Positions 28,553 to 38,773 of a stretch of 64,000 nucleotides of DNA are shown here, piece by piece. The DNA comes from Candidatus Methanoperedens sp. (lineage in GTDB: Archaea > Halobacteriota > Methanosarcinia > Methanosarcinales > Methanoperedenaceae), in contig VEPM01000023.1 of NCBI GenBank assembly GCA_012026795.1, positions 2,455-66,454 of the forward strand, in the 5' to 3' direction. Position numbers and translations under genes: made by a program. The notes under the pieces are model-generated. The model was given only the letters and a program-made list of their open reading frames with translations, was not told the DNA's origin and searched no databases. The number at the start of each line of letters is the position of its first letter. Position 1 is the stretch's first letter.

Positions 28553-29608
28553 CTATGCAGTTTGCCAGAATTCAGGCGGCATATCCTGTGCCAGTTTCAG
28601 TGCTCCATTAGCACCGCTAAAAACCGGGTCTGTATCTTTGAAGACCTTTCCGCCATCTATCAATTCAAGCTCCTTGGTCAGAACAGCATCGATGTTCCTG
28701 ATCTGGCTTCCTCCGCCTGCCAGCCAGATATTATTGCGCAGATATTCCTGGAAGTCAGGATCATATGTGGATATCAGTTTGGATATACCGGACATTATAT
28801 CCGGAATAATGGATTCACATGCCATTCTTATATCTTTTGTAATTGATAATTTAAGTATAGAAGAATCAACAGGTACATCAACAACAATTTCTTCCTGAGA
28901 CTCACCAACGAATGAACTCTGTTCTTTCCATTTTTTTGCTACCTCATTTGTTACCCTGACATTGGTATATTCTTCGGAGATCAACCTCACTAATTCAGCA
29001 TCAATATAATCACCTGCTTTATTGCTGCTTATCTGGTCATCAGGTTCCGGAAGCGTACCATGTACCCTGCATATATCCGTGGTCCCTGCCCCTATGTCCA
29101 CGACCAGGGAATGTTCCATCTCTCCCAGGTTATATGCGACACAAAAAGGTTCGCTTGCAACCATTACGCCATCAAAGAAACCCTTTGCCATTTCTGTAAT
29201 GATCTTTTTATTAAGTACGCTGGCCTGGGACGGAACTCCTATAATGGCATACTTTTTTACATTGTGGTTAGCATCCACAAGTCCCATTATATGTTGAAGA
29301 AGGCCCTTTGCAGCCTCAAGATCCTCTCTCTGGTTCTTTAATAACCCGGACTCGACAGGTTTGAACATATTTAGCGCAACCCTGTGTTTTAATGCTTCAT
29401 CACCATACAGGCGCTCTTTTTTCAGGAATTTTGATGCTACTGCATCTTTCGGAATACCGACAATGCTAAGAATACTCTTTTTTTTCCCTTCACTTGTCGA
29501 TATTGCAGTATGGTTTGTTCCAAGATCAATTCCTATATATAATGCCTTATTTTCTTTTACACGGGTTGCACCCGTCTTTTTGATCAGTACTTTTTTCTTA
29601 TTTGCCAA
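28553..29608 (-). CDS. MamK-like actin-family ATPase
   Basis: GIDLGTNHT, IGVP, SEPF, VDIGAGTTDIC, KAGDYID, LAGGGSQI, LAQDMPPEFW; TTG start. Confidence 0.85.
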   Translation of the reverse strand: MANKKKVLIKKTGATRVKENKALYIGIDLGTNHTAISTSEGKKKSILSIVGIPKDAVASKFLKKERLYGDEALKHRVALNMFKPVESGLLKNQREDLEAAKGLLQHIMGLVDANHNVKKYAIIGVPSQASVLNKKIITEMAKGFFDGVMVASEPFCVAYNLGEMEHSLVVDIGAGTTDICRVHGTLPEPDDQISSNKAGDYIDAELVRLISEEYTNVRVTNEVAKKWKEQSSFVGESQEEIVVDVPVDSSILKLSITKDIRMACESIIPDIMSGISKLISTYDPDFQEYLRNNIWLAGGGSQIRNIDAVLTKELELIDGGKVFKDTDPVFSGANGALKLAQDMPPEFWQTA

Positions 29609-29714
29609 AATTATCCCTCATGATGATTATGTATATCATACAAATGCATTACTTAAATATATACTTTACCTCGTGTAAATGTACATTTACATGCTGGGAT
29701 AATATAGAATTTTC

Positions 29715-29772
29715 AACCGCAAAAACTCAAAGATCGCAAAGATTTTGCTGTTACGCTTTGCGAACTTTTCGA
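29715..29772. repeat. Degenerate CGCAAAGA/CTTTGCG intergenic inverted repeat
   Basis: AACCGCAAAAACTCAAAGATCGCAAAGA ... CTTTGCGAACTTTTCGAA. Confidence 0.35.
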
Positions 29773-29804
29773 ACTAATTTTGTCATGTGATATTAATATA
29801 TCAC

Positions 29805-30749
29805 TCAATTATTGATTTCCTGCCTCAATTCCCCAAGCGTTGATTTCCTTTCCGCGAATGCATTATGCCTGTGGATGCTCTCTTCATTTATCTGTTTTAC
29901 CACAATAACAGAATCATCCGGCAGTTCAGGGAATTGATTGATGATTTTCTGGGCCATTGTCCGCACGCAATCTTCTACAAATTTGGGATTCTTGTGTGCC
30001 CTTTCAACGATCATAACCTCATCGGCCCGCTTCAATAATTCAAACATCTGCGAACTCATGGAATTCTCGATGATATTTATGATCTTTTCAAGTGAAACAA
30101 AATGACTGTCATGAGTTTCTATCGAAATTACCCCCCGCCCTCTCTGGTTATGTGTGGGCATAGGCACATTATTCAGGAATTTCTTAATTACATCTGATTC
30201 CACGCCAAGCGTCTTTAATTCCTTTCGTGCTTTATCAACCATTATTTCTTGGGCGCATGGGCATGCAGTGATGCCAAGCACCTCAGCGCCTACAAGTTTT
30301 CTTATGGTTAGTGTTTCACCGCGTATCGCTTTTGCCTCGGCAAAAATATTCACCACTTCCTGGCAATTCAATTTAGTCGCAGGTGTTTCCCTTTTAAGGA
30401 TATATTCGCTTTTCATCCTTACTTCAGCGATCAAAGCATATTCATGCCTGTCGATCAGCCTTTTTGCGACTTCGCTGCATAAATCTTCTATTTCATAAAC
30501 AGGGGATGCGATCATTTCTTCAAGAACTTCGTCTATGGCCTCAAAATTCCTCGATAAATTCGCGCCCTTCCTGTCAGAAGGAAGGTCAACAAAGATATCA
30601 AACGTAGATACAAGCACGATAGGGCGCTTATCCTTTCTTGCCACTTCTACAAGTTTCTTGACATCCGTTACCCCCACGCGGGTCAATGTTATAGCTATAT
30701 CAGGCTGGTTCGCCTGTATGTCTGGTAGATGAACTACAGGAAGTTTCAT
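29805..30749 (-). CDS. mptA: GTP cyclohydrolase IV
   Basis: [55 protein letters not shown]. Confidence 0.95.
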   Translation of the reverse strand: MKLPVVHLPDIQANQPDIAITLTRVGVTDVKKLVEVARKDKRPIVLVSTFDIFVDLPSDRKGANLSRNFEAIDEVLEEMIASPVYEIEDLCSEVAKRLIDRHEYALIAEVRMKSEYILKRETPATKLNCQEVVNIFAEAKAIRGETLTIRKLVGAEVLGITACPCAQEIMVDKARKELKTLGVESDVIKKFLNNVPMPTHNQRGRGVISIETHDSHFVSLEKIINIIENSMSSQMFELLKRADEVMIVERAHKNPKFVEDCVRTMAQKIINQFPELPDDSVIVVKQINEESIHRHNAFAERKSTLGELRQEINN

Positions 30750-30912
30750 TCTTGATTATCTCCGAATGTTTATTAATTAAATAATTTTACACTCTTAACA
30801 GAGCACAATAACAGTTCTTGTATTATTAAATTATTGCTATTTGAGTTTTGATTCTTAATTGCATCAAATTGTTTAAATACCCTTAATTATATTTTGTTTT
30901 CAGAGGGATACT

Positions 30913-31716
30913 ATCAAATTCAAATCAAATGATTTTACCAGGATACTGGCGATTGTAGCCGGAATTGCATTTATAATGATCTCTGTTGCCTATGGGCTCA
31001 CATATATTTTCCAGACCGGTAACATCGTTTTTCCCTATGAGCCATATTATTTCCTGTTCATATTCTCTATAGGGTTCGTGATTTTCACGATATATTTTGA
31101 ACGGGAGAAAAAAGCTTTTTTTCAAAGGGAGCTTATCGGTGGCGCGATAGCATCCGCATGTTTGACTTTCCTGATAATAGCGTGTCTGGCTGGAATAAAA
31201 TATATATGGGAAAAGGGGTTGTCAGGCATTGGCATCGAGACCCTTGCGTATGCATTCTCCATATCCATGATACTGAGCCTTATTTTATATTTTGTCATAG
31301 GTAAAATAGAATTTAAATTCGTCCCCGGGGATTTTACCAGGGTACTTTCGATAGTCCTTGGGATCGCGATCCTTATAATGGTAACAGTGGTCTATGGGAT
31401 AAATTATATTATTAAGATCAATCCATTTCCGGTCAAGCCTTACGTTCTATTTTTCATGTTCGCGATACTTTTCGTCCTTGCTTCCGTTTTTTATGAAAAA
31501 AGAGGGGCGCTGTATCCCTGGTTCCTTCTTGGAGGCGCCGTGGCTTCAGCCTGTCTTGTTTTCATCATTGCGGCAATCATCGGGGGATTGAGGTATGTAT
31601 TAGAAAAAGGATTTACAGACCTTGGCACTGATACTGTATTCTATTCTTTGTCAATATGTATAATCCTGAGTATGATTTTATATAAGCAGTATGATATTAT
31701 AATGGAAAAGCTTTGA
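30913..31716 (+). CDS. Membrane protein of two tandem ~130-aa 4-TM repeats, apparent ATC start
   Basis: KFKSNDFTRILAIVAGIA...GGAIASAC repeated as KFVPGDFTRVLSIVLGIA...GGAVASAC; first ATG (30976) lies inside repeat 1. Confidence 0.75.
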   Translation: MKFKSNDFTRILAIVAGIAFIMISVAYGLTYIFQTGNIVFPYEPYYFLFIFSIGFVIFTIYFEREKKAFFQRELIGGAIASACLTFLIIACLAGIKYIWEKGLSGIGIETLAYAFSISMILSLILYFVIGKIEFKFVPGDFTRVLSIVLGIAILIMVTVVYGINYIIKINPFPVKPYVLFFMFAILFVLASVFYEKRGALYPWFLLGGAVASACLVFIIAAIIGGLRYVLEKGFTDLGTDTVFYSLSICIILSMILYKQYDIIMEKL

Positions 31717-31767
31717 AGATAACAAAACAGAATACAATAGAATAAAAATGAATTTCAGGTTGATAAA

Positions 31768-33513
31768 ATGGGAAAAATCCAGATCCTTGATGAAGCATCG
31801 ATAAACAAGATAGCAGCAGGTGAAGTGATCGAGCGCCCTGCTTCTGTTGTCAAGGAGCTGATCGAGAACTCAATAGATGCAGGTGCGGATACGATAAGGA
31901 TCGAGGTTACAAAAAGCGGTAAAAGCTCTATCCGCATCACTGATAACGGCTGCGGGATGAACAAGGATGATGCTGCGCTGTCTTATGTGAAACACGCTAC
32001 AAGCAAGATCAGGAAAATCGAAGATATAGAAACTGTGAGAACAATGGGATTCAGGGGTGAGGCTTTATCATCTATTTCTGCAATTGCCAATGTCGAGATC
32101 ATTACAAAAACAAAAGATGAACTATCCGGTACAAGAGTTATAATCCAGGGCGGGAAACTGGTAAGCATTGCAGAAACCGGAGCCTCGGATGGGACGACAA
32201 TTGTAGTAAATGACCTCTTCTACAATACACCTGTCAGGAAAAAATATCTGAAATCCGATGCAGTTGAACTTACTCATATCATCGATATAGTTTCAAGGAT
32301 AGCTCTTGGACATAACAACATTTCTTTTTCTCTTTTCAACAATGGGAAAGAGTTGCTGCGTTCACCCGCAGCAGAACTTAAAGATACGATAATTCACATT
32401 TATGGCCAGGAAGTCGCACGGGAAATGCTTCCGGTGGATCTTGAATCTGCTATTGTGCGAATAACAGGTTTTGTCTCAAGACCTTCCCTGACGCGGGGCA
32501 GTCTTGATTACCAGTCATTCTATATAAATGACAGGAGTATCAATTCAAAAGCGATCGGTTTTGCGCTAAGGGATGCCTATGGTACCCTTATGCCAAGAGG
32601 GCGTTTTCCGATAGCGATATTAAAGATATATGTTGACCCGCGGGAAGTGGATGTAAATGTCCATCCTACCAAGAACCAGGTGCGCCTCGACCATGAGAGG
32701 GATATTTGCGATATGGTTACGCAGGCTGTGAAGAATGCACTTGCTCACAGAAATCTTATTCCTGATATAAAGATACCAATGCAGCAGACATTTTACGAAA
32801 CTCCGGCTGCCGGATCTTTCCAGGTAAAAGAGATTGTCACTGATTTCAGGCAGTCTGTAAAAGACACAGAAAGAAGATTGAGACAATCAGAAAGAGCAGG
32901 CATGGAAAAGGAAATTGCAGGGGCTGCTGAGGTGACTGCTGTGGTGCCTGATGTAAAAGTATTGGGACAGGTGGATAGCCTGTATATCCTTGCAGAAACA
33001 AAGAACGGTCTGATGATCGTAGACCAGCATGCAGCGCATGAACGTATATTTTTTGACCTTATCCGGGAATCAAAGAGGGATGATTCCCAGGAGTTGATCG
33101 TTCCAATTAACATTGAACTTGATTCCAGGGAGAAGATATTAATGAAAGATACTATTCCCTATCTTGAAGAGTTCGGCTTTCGGATATCAGAATTCGGGCA
33201 TGATTCATTTGCAGTAACGGCTGTCCCTGTTGTCCTGGGAAAGCTTGAAGACCCCGGGATGGTGCATGACATAATATCTGATATTCTTTCAGAAGGAAAA
33301 GTAAAAGAAGAAACCGGGATATTTGAGCGGGTAACCAAAAGCATCGCATGCAGAAGCGCCATCAAGGCCGGAGCTGATTGTTCCGGCTCCCAGATGGAAA
33401 GCCTCATCAAACAGCTTTTCAAGACACAGAATCCATATACATGCCCGCATGGAAGGCCAACGATGGTATCTTTTAACAGGCAGGAACTGGATAAGCTATT
33501 CAAAAGAGTGTGA
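31768..33513 (+). CDS. mutL: DNA mismatch repair endonuclease MutL
   Basis: IAAGEVIERPASVVKELIENSIDAG, HATSKI, GFRGEAL, DQHAAHERI, CPHGRP. Confidence 0.98.
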   Translation: MGKIQILDEASINKIAAGEVIERPASVVKELIENSIDAGADTIRIEVTKSGKSSIRITDNGCGMNKDDAALSYVKHATSKIRKIEDIETVRTMGFRGEALSSISAIANVEIITKTKDELSGTRVIIQGGKLVSIAETGASDGTTIVVNDLFYNTPVRKKYLKSDAVELTHIIDIVSRIALGHNNISFSLFNNGKELLRSPAAELKDTIIHIYGQEVAREMLPVDLESAIVRITGFVSRPSLTRGSLDYQSFYINDRSINSKAIGFALRDAYGTLMPRGRFPIAILKIYVDPREVDVNVHPTKNQVRLDHERDICDMVTQAVKNALAHRNLIPDIKIPMQQTFYETPAAGSFQVKEIVTDFRQSVKDTERRLRQSERAGMEKEIAGAAEVTAVVPDVKVLGQVDSLYILAETKNGLMIVDQHAAHERIFFDLIRESKRDDSQELIVPINIELDSREKILMKDTIPYLEEFGFRISEFGHDSFAVTAVPVVLGKLEDPGMVHDIISDILSEGKVKEETGIFERVTKSIACRSAIKAGADCSGSQMESLIKQLFKTQNPYTCPHGRPTMVSFNRQELDKLFKRV

Positions 33514-34109
33514 AAACCATGACAGACTGTTTCTTCTGCGGCAAGCCTTCCCGTAAAACTTATAAATATTACACCCTGGATATATGTCAGAGATGTTATC
33601 TCAAGCTTAAATTAAAAAAACTGGAGAAGAAATCTATTCCAGATGATATATACTTAAAATCACTTGTTGGTAGTAAAGAACAGCCATACGTGGATGCACT
33701 GGACCACTTTGCCACATTTTTCCCAAAATCCCTTTCAGAAGACCTGCTTGGAATGATACTCTTCTCTTCTGATAAGAATGGTGATATCGATCCTATATTT
33801 GCAAATTCCATGATAATTGCAGCACATTCGGTATCGCTTTTCGGGGAAGGTGTGAAGGCAAATAAAAACGCAAGTGAAGTACATGCGCTTTACGCCCTTG
33901 GAAACCTTGTAGGTATTTCTATTATAGGAAACCTGACATATTCCCACAGGAATGCAAATATGGATGAAGAAGCAATCATGTCTGCTGTTTCTAAAGAAAT
34001 TGACAGGACTATGATCGATATCTTAAATGACATAGGTAAAAACGATGGGGCTTTGCATGATCTTATTGTGGATACTATTGATTTGATAAAAGCATGGGAA
34101 GAATCATGA
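33510..34109 (+). CDS. Hypothetical protein with N-terminal CxxC..CxxC zinc finger
   Basis: CFFC...CQRC; overlaps both mutL and cgi121. Confidence 0.65.
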   Translation: MKTMTDCFFCGKPSRKTYKYYTLDICQRCYLKLKLKKLEKKSIPDDIYLKSLVGSKEQPYVDALDHFATFFPKSLSEDLLGMILFSSDKNGDIDPIFANSMIIAAHSVSLFGEGVKANKNASEVHALYALGNLVGISIIGNLTYSHRNANMDEEAIMSAVSKEIDRTMIDILNDIGKNDGALHDLIVDTIDLIKAWEES

Positions 34110-34603
34110 TCAGAATCCTGGAAGGTACGATATTTATCGAGGATATTGAAATTTTCCTTTCAAAAATTAAAGAAATGAGGAACTGCAAAGATACTGTCAT
34201 CCTGGCGCTTGATGCAGATAAACTTGCAGGGAAAGAGCATCTTATGTTCGCTATTGAAAAAGCGATTGATTCATTCAAAACAGGGAGAAATATCGCAAAC
34301 GACCTCGGGAAAGAAATAATGCTTTATGCATCAGGCACGCGCCAGATAAACCGTGCCATGAAAATCGGTGTGCATAACGGAAAGAACAATATTGTACTTG
34401 TGGCTATTGGTGATGATGTTGACCAATATGTATTTGATGAGATAGAAATAAAGCCAGAGGATGTTATGCGCTACGAGGAATCAAAGAACAGGGTTTTGAT
34501 GGACATTTTCAATATTACTGATGAAGAGATCAAAGCTGCTGGTATTGAAAAGATCCCTGAACTTGTCCTTGAGAGGGTTGCGCTTGTGGATGTTTTGAAA
34601 TAG
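34106..34603 (+). CDS. cgi121: KEOPS complex subunit Cgi121
   Basis: IANDLGKEIMLYASGTRQINRAMKIG, LVLERVALVDVLK. Confidence 0.92.
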   Translation: MIRILEGTIFIEDIEIFLSKIKEMRNCKDTVILALDADKLAGKEHLMFAIEKAIDSFKTGRNIANDLGKEIMLYASGTRQINRAMKIGVHNGKNNIVLVAIGDDVDQYVFDEIEIKPEDVMRYEESKNRVLMDIFNITDEEIKAAGIEKIPELVLERVALVDVLK

Positions 34604-34763
34604 TTATGTTCGCTACATTAAGCCGTAACCCAGCATGTTTTGCTTAATAATAACTGGCAATAAATGATTTCTCCTGATTTCATCCACAGCCGTAATACGA
34701 AAAAGATTTATAGCATATCAGAAATAGGAGCATACGGAGTTTAACTAAAAAGTGGTATATAAT

Positions 34764-35945
34764 ATGAAACTATATTTATGTATTAGTATTATTATAATTA
34801 CAGGATTACTTTTTGTTCAATCTGCTTCTGCTCTGGAAGAAAGTCAGTTTGATATTAGTGTAATTAAATATGATCCCCAGCCTGTGGAGCCGGGTCAGAA
34901 TTTTGATATATGGGTTAGAGTGAAAAACATAGGAAATTCAGACGCTAAAGATGTAAATATCGAGATTCCCGGTAAGTTTCCTTTTCAGCCCCAGACCGGG
35001 GAAACAGGGGTCAGAACTGCGCCCTTGATAATAAAAGGCGACAGCTATACTTACCGTTTCAGCATGAAAGCTGATGATAACTCTGTAAAAGGAAATAATA
35101 AAATTGCCATCGGATACCGGCAAAATAACTATTTAACATCGCGGGATTTCGATATTCAGATAGGTTATTCAGTTACTGATGTGAAAGGCGTTATTGAATT
35201 GGAAAAATATGTGGTGAGCCCTGAAGCCCTCATGCCTGGCGATACAGGGCAGGTAACATTGACATTTAGAAATGCTGCCTCAGGTTCTTCATTAAAATTT
35301 GATGGAAAAGACTACAGCACTAACGCTCAGATCCAATCAATAACAATGCTCGATAATCCAATGATCAAAGTATTGAGTGATTCTTATAATAATGTGGGTA
35401 TAATCGGGCCAGGCAGCGAATTCGATGCACGTTATACAATTAAAGTGGATAATAACACACAAAATGGTATATATTTTATTGAATTTGATGTTGTTGGAAG
35501 TTCGAATTTGCGTGGAAAAATACCTATGAAAATAGAAGATTCGGTTGTTGAAATTATTCCCGTTGAGATTTCCGGCAGTAGCATATCCTTGAATATTGCA
35601 AACCAGAGGCCCAATAATATCGAAGCAGTCTCAATTATTCCTTATGCGAATAACACGATTTTCAAGCCAACCCAGTATTTCATAGGTACGATGCAGCCAA
35701 ATGAGGTATCCACAATAAAATTTGAAAAATCCAGCAATGAGAATGAAAACATAATGCTAAAAGCCCGATTCAAGAATGATGCAAACTGGCACGAGTCCGA
35801 AATTAAAATAGCATCACAAGTTAAGGGTAATTTAGTGGTACAATCTAATGCTGGTGGAATTAGCGGATCAATATTCCTGGTCACAACTATCTTTCTTATC
35901 GGTTTCTATACATATATGAAACAGAAGAGAAGGAAAATTTCATGA
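34764..35945 (+). CDS. COG1361-type secreted multi-Ig-like protein with C-terminal TM anchor
   Basis: Signal peptide; YDPQPVEPGQ, PEALMPGD, YFIGTMQPNE repeats typical of the family; TM helix and KQKRRK tail. Confidence 0.8.
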   Translation: MKLYLCISIIIITGLLFVQSASALEESQFDISVIKYDPQPVEPGQNFDIWVRVKNIGNSDAKDVNIEIPGKFPFQPQTGETGVRTAPLIIKGDSYTYRFSMKADDNSVKGNNKIAIGYRQNNYLTSRDFDIQIGYSVTDVKGVIELEKYVVSPEALMPGDTGQVTLTFRNAASGSSLKFDGKDYSTNAQIQSITMLDNPMIKVLSDSYNNVGIIGPGSEFDARYTIKVDNNTQNGIYFIEFDVVGSSNLRGKIPMKIEDSVVEIIPVEISGSSISLNIANQRPNNIEAVSIIPYANNTIFKPTQYFIGTMQPNEVSTIKFEKSSNENENIMLKARFKNDANWHESEIKIASQVKGNLVVQSNAGGISGSIFLVTTIFLIGFYTYMKQKRRKIS

Positions 35946-37132
35946 AGCTGTCTGATACATTCGAATATATATATATAAGCTTTTTAAGCAATAAATTCAA
36001 GACGATTTTATCGAGTTTAGGAATAATAATAGGTGTTATAGCAATTGTAGTAATGCTATCTGTGGGCGAAGGTCTTTATGTAAATGTCAAAGGAGCCATG
36101 GGAAATCTGGATTTAAACACACTGACAATCACTCCCGGAGGCTTGTCACCGGGGCAGTTTAAGAAAAACGCAGAACTTACCGAAAAAGATGTTAAGACTA
36201 TAGAAAGTATTCCCGGAGTAAAATTTGTCTCACCAAGAAAAACCATAAGTGCTACCATTATTTCCAAAGAAACTGAAAGAACAATAACGCTTGTGGGTAT
36301 TTATCCGTCAAAGGAGCAGAAACTTGGAGAGGGAATAATGCTTGGCAGGTTTCTCACGGAATCAGACCAGAACGGTATAGTTCTAAAAGAGCAGTCTGCG
36401 CAGAATATGTTTAGAATGCCATTGAACCCGGGTAGTATCGTGAAAATAAAGAACAACGAAAATGGCAAAGAGGCAGGATTTAAAATTGTAGGTTTGCTCG
36501 CCGAAGCAAAACAATCTTATTTTGGGGGTGTAGCTAATGCAGAGGTATATACAAGCCTCAAAAGTCTGGAGGAAATTTCTAATGGAAGTTCATATTCAAT
36601 GATTCAGGTAACTGTTGAAGAATCAGAGGACGTTGAGGAAATGGGGGTACTGATCCAAGAATCTCTTGAACGCTCACATAGAAACGAAGCATTGTCAATT
36701 ATAGCTATGAAAACTTTCCTGGAAATGGTAAATAATGTAATGGGCATGATCAAAATTGCGCTGGGAGGGATAGGTGTTATCTCCCTTGTGGTAGGGGGGA
36801 TTGGAATTGTTAACGTGATGATGCTTACAGTGAATGAAAGAGTGAGAGAAATAGGCACTATGAAAGCTATGGGAGCAACAGAAGCTGATATCAGGACTCT
36901 ATTTGTATTTGAATCGGGATTTCTGGGTCTTATTAGCGGGCTTATAGGTGTTGTGCTGGGCTCAGGTATCGCATTATTAATCTCAGCGATTGGAGCATTC
37001 CCACTTGATGTGACATTGAGTTCAGTATTGGTCGGGTTGGGTTTCGGGGTCATAACCACAATGGCGGCGGGAATATATCCAGCAAGCAGAGCTGCGAGAC
37101 TTGACCCTATAGAGGCATTCAGGGCTGAATAG
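35942..37132 (+). CDS. MacB/FtsX-type ABC transporter permease
   Basis: LSSLGIIIGVIAIVVMLSVGEG, GGIGIVNVMMLTVNERVREIGTMKAMGA, YPASRAARLDPIEA. Confidence 0.95.
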   Translation: MKLSDTFEYIYISFLSNKFKTILSSLGIIIGVIAIVVMLSVGEGLYVNVKGAMGNLDLNTLTITPGGLSPGQFKKNAELTEKDVKTIESIPGVKFVSPRKTISATIISKETERTITLVGIYPSKEQKLGEGIMLGRFLTESDQNGIVLKEQSAQNMFRMPLNPGSIVKIKNNENGKEAGFKIVGLLAEAKQSYFGGVANAEVYTSLKSLEEISNGSSYSMIQVTVEESEDVEEMGVLIQESLERSHRNEALSIIAMKTFLEMVNNVMGMIKIALGGIGVISLVVGGIGIVNVMMLTVNERVREIGTMKAMGATEADIRTLFVFESGFLGLISGLIGVVLGSGIALLISAIGAFPLDVTLSSVLVGLGFGVITTMAAGIYPASRAARLDPIEAFRAE

Positions 37133-37142
37133 GAGAAAGAAT

Positions 37143-37757
37143 ATGGGTTTCATAAAAAGAATAATAGATACTTTGAAAAGACCTAAAGAAGCGATGCGGG
37201 AAATTTCAAATATTCCTCTAATAGAGGAGGCTGTTATGATAGTGGGAATATATGCCCTCTTTTCTGCAGCTGACCTGTACGTGCGATCTTCCAGAATTGT
37301 GCTGGTCACTGAAACAAATCTTGAATTTGCGCAAATAATAGGAGTGATAACCGGGATACTTGCGGCATTTATAACATGGTTAATATTGACAGGTATTATC
37401 CATAATATTTCTCTTGCCATCGGTGGAAAGGGTAGATTTTATCCTCATATGATGGTTCTTGTAGGATATGCCATGCTGCCACTAACTTTTTCTGCAATCC
37501 TCAGCACGCTTATCATTTATTCGACCGGGTCAAATATTGTTAATGTAAATCCATTTAATAGTCAGCAGATGCTTGAGGAAATCCAGAATAGTACACCTTA
37601 CGTAGCTTCTGAATTCATAAGTTATATAGCATGGATATGGTCGTTTTTAATTATATCTTTTGGGATTCAGCTTCATCAAAAGTTATCAAAAAAAAGCGCA
37701 TTGATTACAGTTGCAATACCGCTTGGTTTATGGTTGGGTTTATCTCTATTATTTTAA
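37143..37757 (+). CDS. Yip1 domain membrane protein
   Basis: TLKRPKEAMREI, WLILTGIIH..SLAIGGKG, GYAMLP, W..LIISFGIQ..QKLSKKSA. Confidence 0.85.
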   Translation: MGFIKRIIDTLKRPKEAMREISNIPLIEEAVMIVGIYALFSAADLYVRSSRIVLVTETNLEFAQIIGVITGILAAFITWLILTGIIHNISLAIGGKGRFYPHMMVLVGYAMLPLTFSAILSTLIIYSTGSNIVNVNPFNSQQMLEEIQNSTPYVASEFISYIAWIWSFLIISFGIQLHQKLSKKSALITVAIPLGLWLGLSLLF

Positions 37758-37778
37758 TTATTGGCATGGGTGATTGGA

Positions 37779-38390
37779 ATGGAAAATCAATTAATAAATA
37801 GGTTTATTCGAGATATTAAAAATGTAATGACAAGGGAAAACTTAAAGGAAAAACTGAAACTTCCAATATACATTTATATATTAAGTTTTTTTATCGGTTT
37901 GATAATTGTAGGGGTTATTGGCCTTTTGAAACCTGATATGTCAATGGAAGCAATAAATCCTGAAAAATTCCAGATGAATTCATCTTCAACATGGTGGTTT
38001 ATCATCACAAATAATACCAAGGTAGTTATTTCGCTATTTATTAGTGGGATACTCCTATATATAGGCCCTCTATTGGGTATGGGTGCCAACGGTTTTATCC
38101 AGGGGCTTTTATTGTGGGCATCAATCCAGAGCAGTGGTGCAATGGGAATAGTGAAATATTTGATCCTGATAGTTCCACATGGAATGTTTGAAGTGCCTGC
38201 CTTATTATTGAGTGGGGGTGCCGGAATTATCCTTTCTCATGAACTCAGGAATTTGATAATTTGGAGGGTGATTAATAAGAGCAAGCTATATGAGGCATTT
38301 ATTTTTCTTTTCATCGCTTTTTGTTTGTTTCTGGTCGCATCAGTTATTGAAACACAAATCAGCTTCAGATTTGCAAATTTCATCAAATGA
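37779..38390 (+). CDS. SpoIIM/DUF95 family membrane protein
   Basis: IITNN..V, NGF..G, LIVPHGMFEVPA (PHG..E), 5 TM helices. Confidence 0.88.
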   Translation: MENQLINRFIRDIKNVMTRENLKEKLKLPIYIYILSFFIGLIIVGVIGLLKPDMSMEAINPEKFQMNSSSTWWFIITNNTKVVISLFISGILLYIGPLLGMGANGFIQGLLLWASIQSSGAMGIVKYLILIVPHGMFEVPALLLSGGAGIILSHELRNLIIWRVINKSKLYEAFIFLFIAFCLFLVASVIETQISFRFANFIK

Positions 38391-38557
38391 TTGCTTTTTA
38401 TTTAACTATGCCTGCAACAAACCCTGTTAATATAAAATGATCTCAATAAAAAGAAACTAAATTATGAAATAGTGTTTCTTTCTTTTTTATATAGCTTTGT
38501 GTGAATGTTAAGTTAGTGGATCTAGGGTGGTCCAACTCATAAATTGGAGGTGAAAGA

Positions 38558-38677
38558 ATGATAGCATCAGTAATAGGTTTCCTGAACACTGTGGGAGCAC
38601 CAGCACTTGTAGTTGAAATACTCAAACAGTTATCAGCAGTATATGCAAAACTTGGCTTACTCTTGATTGTAGGTTAA
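38558..38677 (+). CDS. 39-aa hydrophobic amphipathic peptide, candidate exported/cyclised precursor (not in ORF track)
   Basis: Perfect GGAGGTGA SD 4 nt before ATG; TTTTATAT box about 70 nt upstream; MIASVIGFLNTVGAPALVVEILKQLSAVYAKLGLLLIVG. Confidence 0.75.
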   Translation: MIASVIGFLNTVGAPALVVEILKQLSAVYAKLGLLLIVG

Positions 38678-38773
38678 GATACCAAGACAGTTACTCGGCG
38701 TTAATATTCAGAAAATACAAATGGGCATTTTGGCTTATTGCCTTATGCATCTTTTTTAGGATTAAATATATCA

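Noticed and set aside
27908-29608. Magnetosome island
   Set aside because: Only the MamK-like actin is present; there are no mamA/B/E/M/Q-like genes nearby, so magnetotaxis is not supported.
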